Shown: piece after piece, positions 15,944-19,186 of the stretch
Numbering within the stretch: the first letter of the stretch is position 1
Layout of the letters: each line of letters starts with the position of its first letter
DNA from: Oligoflexales bacterium
Lineage (GTDB): Bacteria > Bdellovibrionota_B > Oligoflexia > Oligoflexales > Bog-1112
Assembly (NCBI GenBank): GCA_045106415.1
Contig: JBGCEP010000066.1
Coordinates: forward strand, 1 to 19,186
Direction: 5' to 3'
DNA: 19,186 nucleotides
Made by a program: the position numbers and the translations under genes
The notes under the pieces: generated by a model
Seen by the model: only the letters and a program-made list of their open reading frames with translations
What the model was told of the DNA's origin: nothing
The model's database searches: none

Positions 15944-16852
15944 ATGGAACCAATTATTGTCCTTGTTGGCTTTTTAGGTGCAGGCAAAACCACTCTTCTC
16001 AAGCAATTGATTCAAGAATATCTGGCTGCCAAGTGGGAGCCTGGCCTTATTTTAAATGACTATGAAAATGCTGCCTTAGATTCTCAGCGATTTCTCGATT
16101 TTTTAGAACCTTCCCAAGTTCAAGCATTGAGTGGAAGTTGTATCTGTTGCAGTGGTGTAAACGAGCTCCGCCAGCAGGTCAACTCCATCAAGCCAAGAAA
16201 AAAGGGCATCACATTTATTGAGGCAAACGGTACGACAGATGCTGTGACTTTAATGGAATTTCTGGGTGTTGGCCTGAATAAAGGCTTTCTACCCCCCATA
16301 CAGCTTTCTGTTGTGGATTGCAGACATTGGCAGAACCGTGGCGAACACAATGAGCTGGAGGCCAATCAAGTCCAAGTTTCTTCTTTGATTTTTTTGAACC
16401 ACACACAAAATTGTGACGCAAAAAAATTAGACAAAATCAAACAAGATATCCTCAGCATCAATCCATCTTCTATTTTTCGCTCAGACGAAGACTTCGATCC
16501 ATTTGAGCTGGTACACCTTGAAAAACAAGGCGAATCATCCCATCACATGGATCACCAAAAGTCTCATTGGTCTTCATGCAGCGTACCATTACCAGATCCT
16601 ATCTCTTCTTTTTGCCTCAACTCTATTCTCGAAGCTCTCCCACAAAGCATTCTACGAATCAAAGGATGCACAAAGTTAGATGAAGATGAAGGCTATACTT
16701 ATTTTGAAAAGATTCCGACGCAGGATGACGTTATGGTTCGACCATACAGAGGAACATTAGTCTCAGGACCTATGCTCTTAACTGTTGGCCCTGGCAGCGA
16801 TCCTTACGTCATTCAAGAGGTTATAACAAGCAAGTTAAAGCTTTTCTCTTAA
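15944..16852 (+). CDS. COG0523/CobW-family G3E GTPase metallochaperone
   Basis: Walker A GFLGAGKTT, metal motif GSCICC, Walker B IEANG, C-terminal RIKG. Confidence 0.92.
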   Translation: MEPIIVLVGFLGAGKTTLLKQLIQEYLAAKWEPGLILNDYENAALDSQRFLDFLEPSQVQALSGSCICCSGVNELRQQVNSIKPRKKGITFIEANGTTDAVTLMEFLGVGLNKGFLPPIQLSVVDCRHWQNRGEHNELEANQVQVSSLIFLNHTQNCDAKKLDKIKQDILSINPSSIFRSDEDFDPFELVHLEKQGESSHHMDHQKSHWSSCSVPLPDPISSFCLNSILEALPQSILRIKGCTKLDEDEGYTYFEKIPTQDDVMVRPYRGTLVSGPMLLTVGPGSDPYVIQEVITSKLKLFS

Positions 16853-17006
16853 ATGTTAAGCGTCAGCCTTTTCTGACCACTCTCAGATCTGCATAGATCA
16901 TCATCTTGGTGATTTCCCAGGACTCTCGTGTTTTTCATGTCAGGAATAATTCTTTGACTGTTCAACACCATGTTGAAACATCGGCGGCAAAAAGCACAAT
17001 GTTTTT

Positions 17007-17045
17007 TGATAACTTTGAACTCTTCATAAGAATTCAAAGTCATCA
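17007..17045. repeat. 18-bp imperfect inverted repeat in an intergenic region
   Basis: TGATAACTTTGAACTCTT-CAT-AAGAATTCAAAGTCATCA; both mismatches become G-U pairs on the minus strand. Confidence 0.7.
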
Positions 17046-17159
17046 GATGAGGCATTTGGTTCAGATAAAAAAGCTCAACTAGGAAAAATTGTTCAACGCG
17101 AACACCTTAAATCTAACCTGCATCAGTGATAATATCTTATCAAAGATAAGAGGTTCATA

Positions 17160-19186
17160 ATGCTAAAAATTTCTATATTTTTATTTGTTACTTTTTTACC
17201 ATTCCGCTTGCAGGCATTTGATGAAAAAACGACTTTCATCGAGCAATGCGTGCGTGACATCAAAAAAGAAGGGGCATTATATCAACCACTTTTGAAGGGC
17301 GGGATAAAAAAAACATTATCTTTAAAGCTTGCCAAACTATCGTCACAACGAAAGTGTCGTAAACTGTATGATGAGATGATGAATCTCACAACAATTGTTC
17401 TTGAACATCCTGTATATAAAAAAGCGAACCCTATTCAAGACATAGAAGTATTCAGATTTTTCCCGCAACTGCATCAGATTGAGTTGACTGGTCATTCTTT
17501 TGGCAATATTCAAGCTTTTGAAAACTTAAATGACCTAAAGACTTTACGCGTGAAAGATCATGGAAATAATATTGATTGGAATGGTTTAGAGTCTCTATAT
17601 AGTCTAGAAGTTTTAAAATTACAGAATGTAAAATTTGATGTAGCTGATCTTCAAAAACTTTCACAATTACAAAATTTGGTCCATCTTGACTTGTCAGATA
17701 ATAAGATGGATTTATCTTATGAAGATTTACAGCCTTTCTTTCAGCTAAAAAGCCTAAGGACACTGAATATAAAAGGTAACCATCTCGACAAGATAGAAGC
17801 CTTTTACCCCAAAAAAATTGGGTCTGAGATAACTGTTTTACTGGATGAATTATCTACCGCGCCTTTACAGTACCCAGGTGTTGAGTATGTCACGACAAAG
17901 AATATACTGCCGCGGCCTGGTTATAAACCACGGCAACCGAAGCCGTTGAATTGGAATGTAGGAGACTTACCTATACATCTCGCGAGAATCGAAAGAGATG
18001 GCCAATACGAAACATTAGAAGATAGGGACTTTGCACAGACAGCTGCTTCATATGAAGAATATGCCCATGCTTTATTAGGCGCTGTATCGAGTTGTCATTA
18101 AGACAATGTCACTTACCTTTTAGGTTCTTATCCAGGAGACAAAGCTTCTTTGATCTCTTACAAAGCCCACAGAGTCGATGCACCATCAGGAACATCTGCT
18201 TTATTCACATTGTTGAAGCTCTCTAGCCGTTTAAAACTAGCTGCTAAGAACCAAGAAAAAATTGTAGAGTGTGATGAGATTCTTGCACTTCTTTTAGATC
18301 AGTTAGAAGAAAAAAAAGTGAACGAAGTTTTATCCTACGAAATCGGTGGCGCTACTCCATTGGAGTTCGCAGCACAATTAAGAGATGCTGGATCTGTTAA
18401 AATTATGCTGGATAGAGATTTATCTTATAGGCTTTTACCTGGCCTTTTAGCATCTGAGGAAAAGGAGGTCCGAAATCATGTAAGGAACAAAATTGCTGAA
18501 TATGATGTTGATATCAGTGATCTAAAGATTATGGAAAAAGCAAGAGATATGGTTGATCAAGTGTGTCAATTATCACCACGATCGAATATTTGTCATTCTT
18601 TGATGAATTGGCAACTGACTGTACAGCATATAGATGATGAAGAAACGGATGAAGATTTTCAGAACCTCTACAGGCAACTGGCGGCTTTATCACGTGAAGA
18701 AATAGAGGAGTTAAGGCGTTTAGGTCCAGTGGGTGAAAGAGCTTTCTCAGAGCTGCAAGGTATTGTCATCACACATTTCATGATTTCTAATCTTGCCGCA
18801 GAAGATGTCTTTAAATTAGAGCAACATCAAATAGCAGCAAGTGATCGGACAAAGATATTAGAGTTAGCAAAAACTGGTCTGAAACAAACGCGGCGCGCAC
18901 TGGTTACTGCTGAAGCACTCATACCCCCATATACGATTGTTATGACAATAGCTGATCTCATTACAGAAAAAGCTTATAAACATTCTGTGAAAAAAGATCG
19001 CAGAACAGCTGTAAAGAAGTGGGCAAAACCTGCAGAGCTAATGGGAAAAAATTTCGCAAATCAAATCGCAGCTTCGAAACATATTGTGATGTCTTATTTA
19101 GAGCAATTGCATAAAAACGGTTCTATGCCACATCAAGTAAATGATCTGAAAAAAATGAAGAAGAATTTTAAAATTGGTTTTCGCTT
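17160..19186 (+). pseudogene. Secreted leucine-rich-repeat + ankyrin-like protein, interrupted by one in-frame TAA, partial at the right edge
   Basis: Signal peptide MLKISIFLFVTFLPFRLQA and LRRs (LVHLDLSDN, LRTLNIKGN). TAA 18099-18101 lies inside ALLGAVSSCH*DNVTYLL. The same frame is open for 361 more codons and includes the ankyrin-like GGATPLEFAAQLRDAGSVKIMLD at 18345. Confidence 0.8.

Noticed and set aside
17000..17050. Hammerhead ribozyme (CTGATGA plus stem on the minus strand)
   Set aside because: The required GAAA does not follow the stem, and the CTGATGA is itself paired within the hairpin.
2333..17763. Short track ORFs 2333..2569, 4964..5146, 5153..5413, 6031..6225, 6041..6232, 9301..9504, 12850..13032, 13523..13828, 13722..13964, 14287..14499, 14532..14759, 16120..16365, 16215..16421, 17452..17763
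   Set aside because: They are shadow or alternate-frame ORFs overlapping better-supported genes or IS sequence, with no recognisable motifs.
867..18101. Stop-codon reassignment explaining the in-frame stops
   Set aside because: The internal stops are of all three types (TAA 867 and 18099, TAG 1412 and 14422, TGA 14455) and occur only in IS or accessory genes. Intact genes end normally in TAA, TAG and TGA.
1..19186. CRISPR array, retron or integron cassette array
   Set aside because: I saw no regularly spaced repeats, reverse transcriptase, cas or integrase genes, and the hairpins do not share a common sequence.

Overview
AT-rich bacterial chromosomal window. The gene content suggests Bdellovibrionota/Oligoflexia, which is my inference and not a database result. 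From left to right: (1) a mosaic 1.7 kb with the end of a Gly/Ala-rich hydrophobic protein, a 32-aa membrane peptide, a truncated IS5-family (IS903-group) remnant and a disrupted 'GLGGGP...YWATK' Gly/Ala-rich gene; (2) initiator tRNA-fMet and a membrane protein; (3) ribD coupled to a dCMP-deaminase gene; (4) an XRE regulator and a lipoprotein-signal Ser/Thr kinase behind a sigma28-like promoter; (5) MATE, SRPBCC, a hybrid histidine kinase and a periplasmic binding protein; (6) a metal-handling cluster (slyD, His-tailed FmdB zinc ribbon, then Zur box-zur-merC-like-COG0523) split by a second decayed copy of the same IS; (7) a secreted LRR + ankyrin-like gene with one in-frame TAA, whose frame stays open to the window end and is missed by the ORF track. 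The best candidates for new biology are the possible bacteriocin-like precursor plus small immunity-like peptide, the exported atypical kinase in a putative sigma28 regulon, and the LRR-ankyrin protein.
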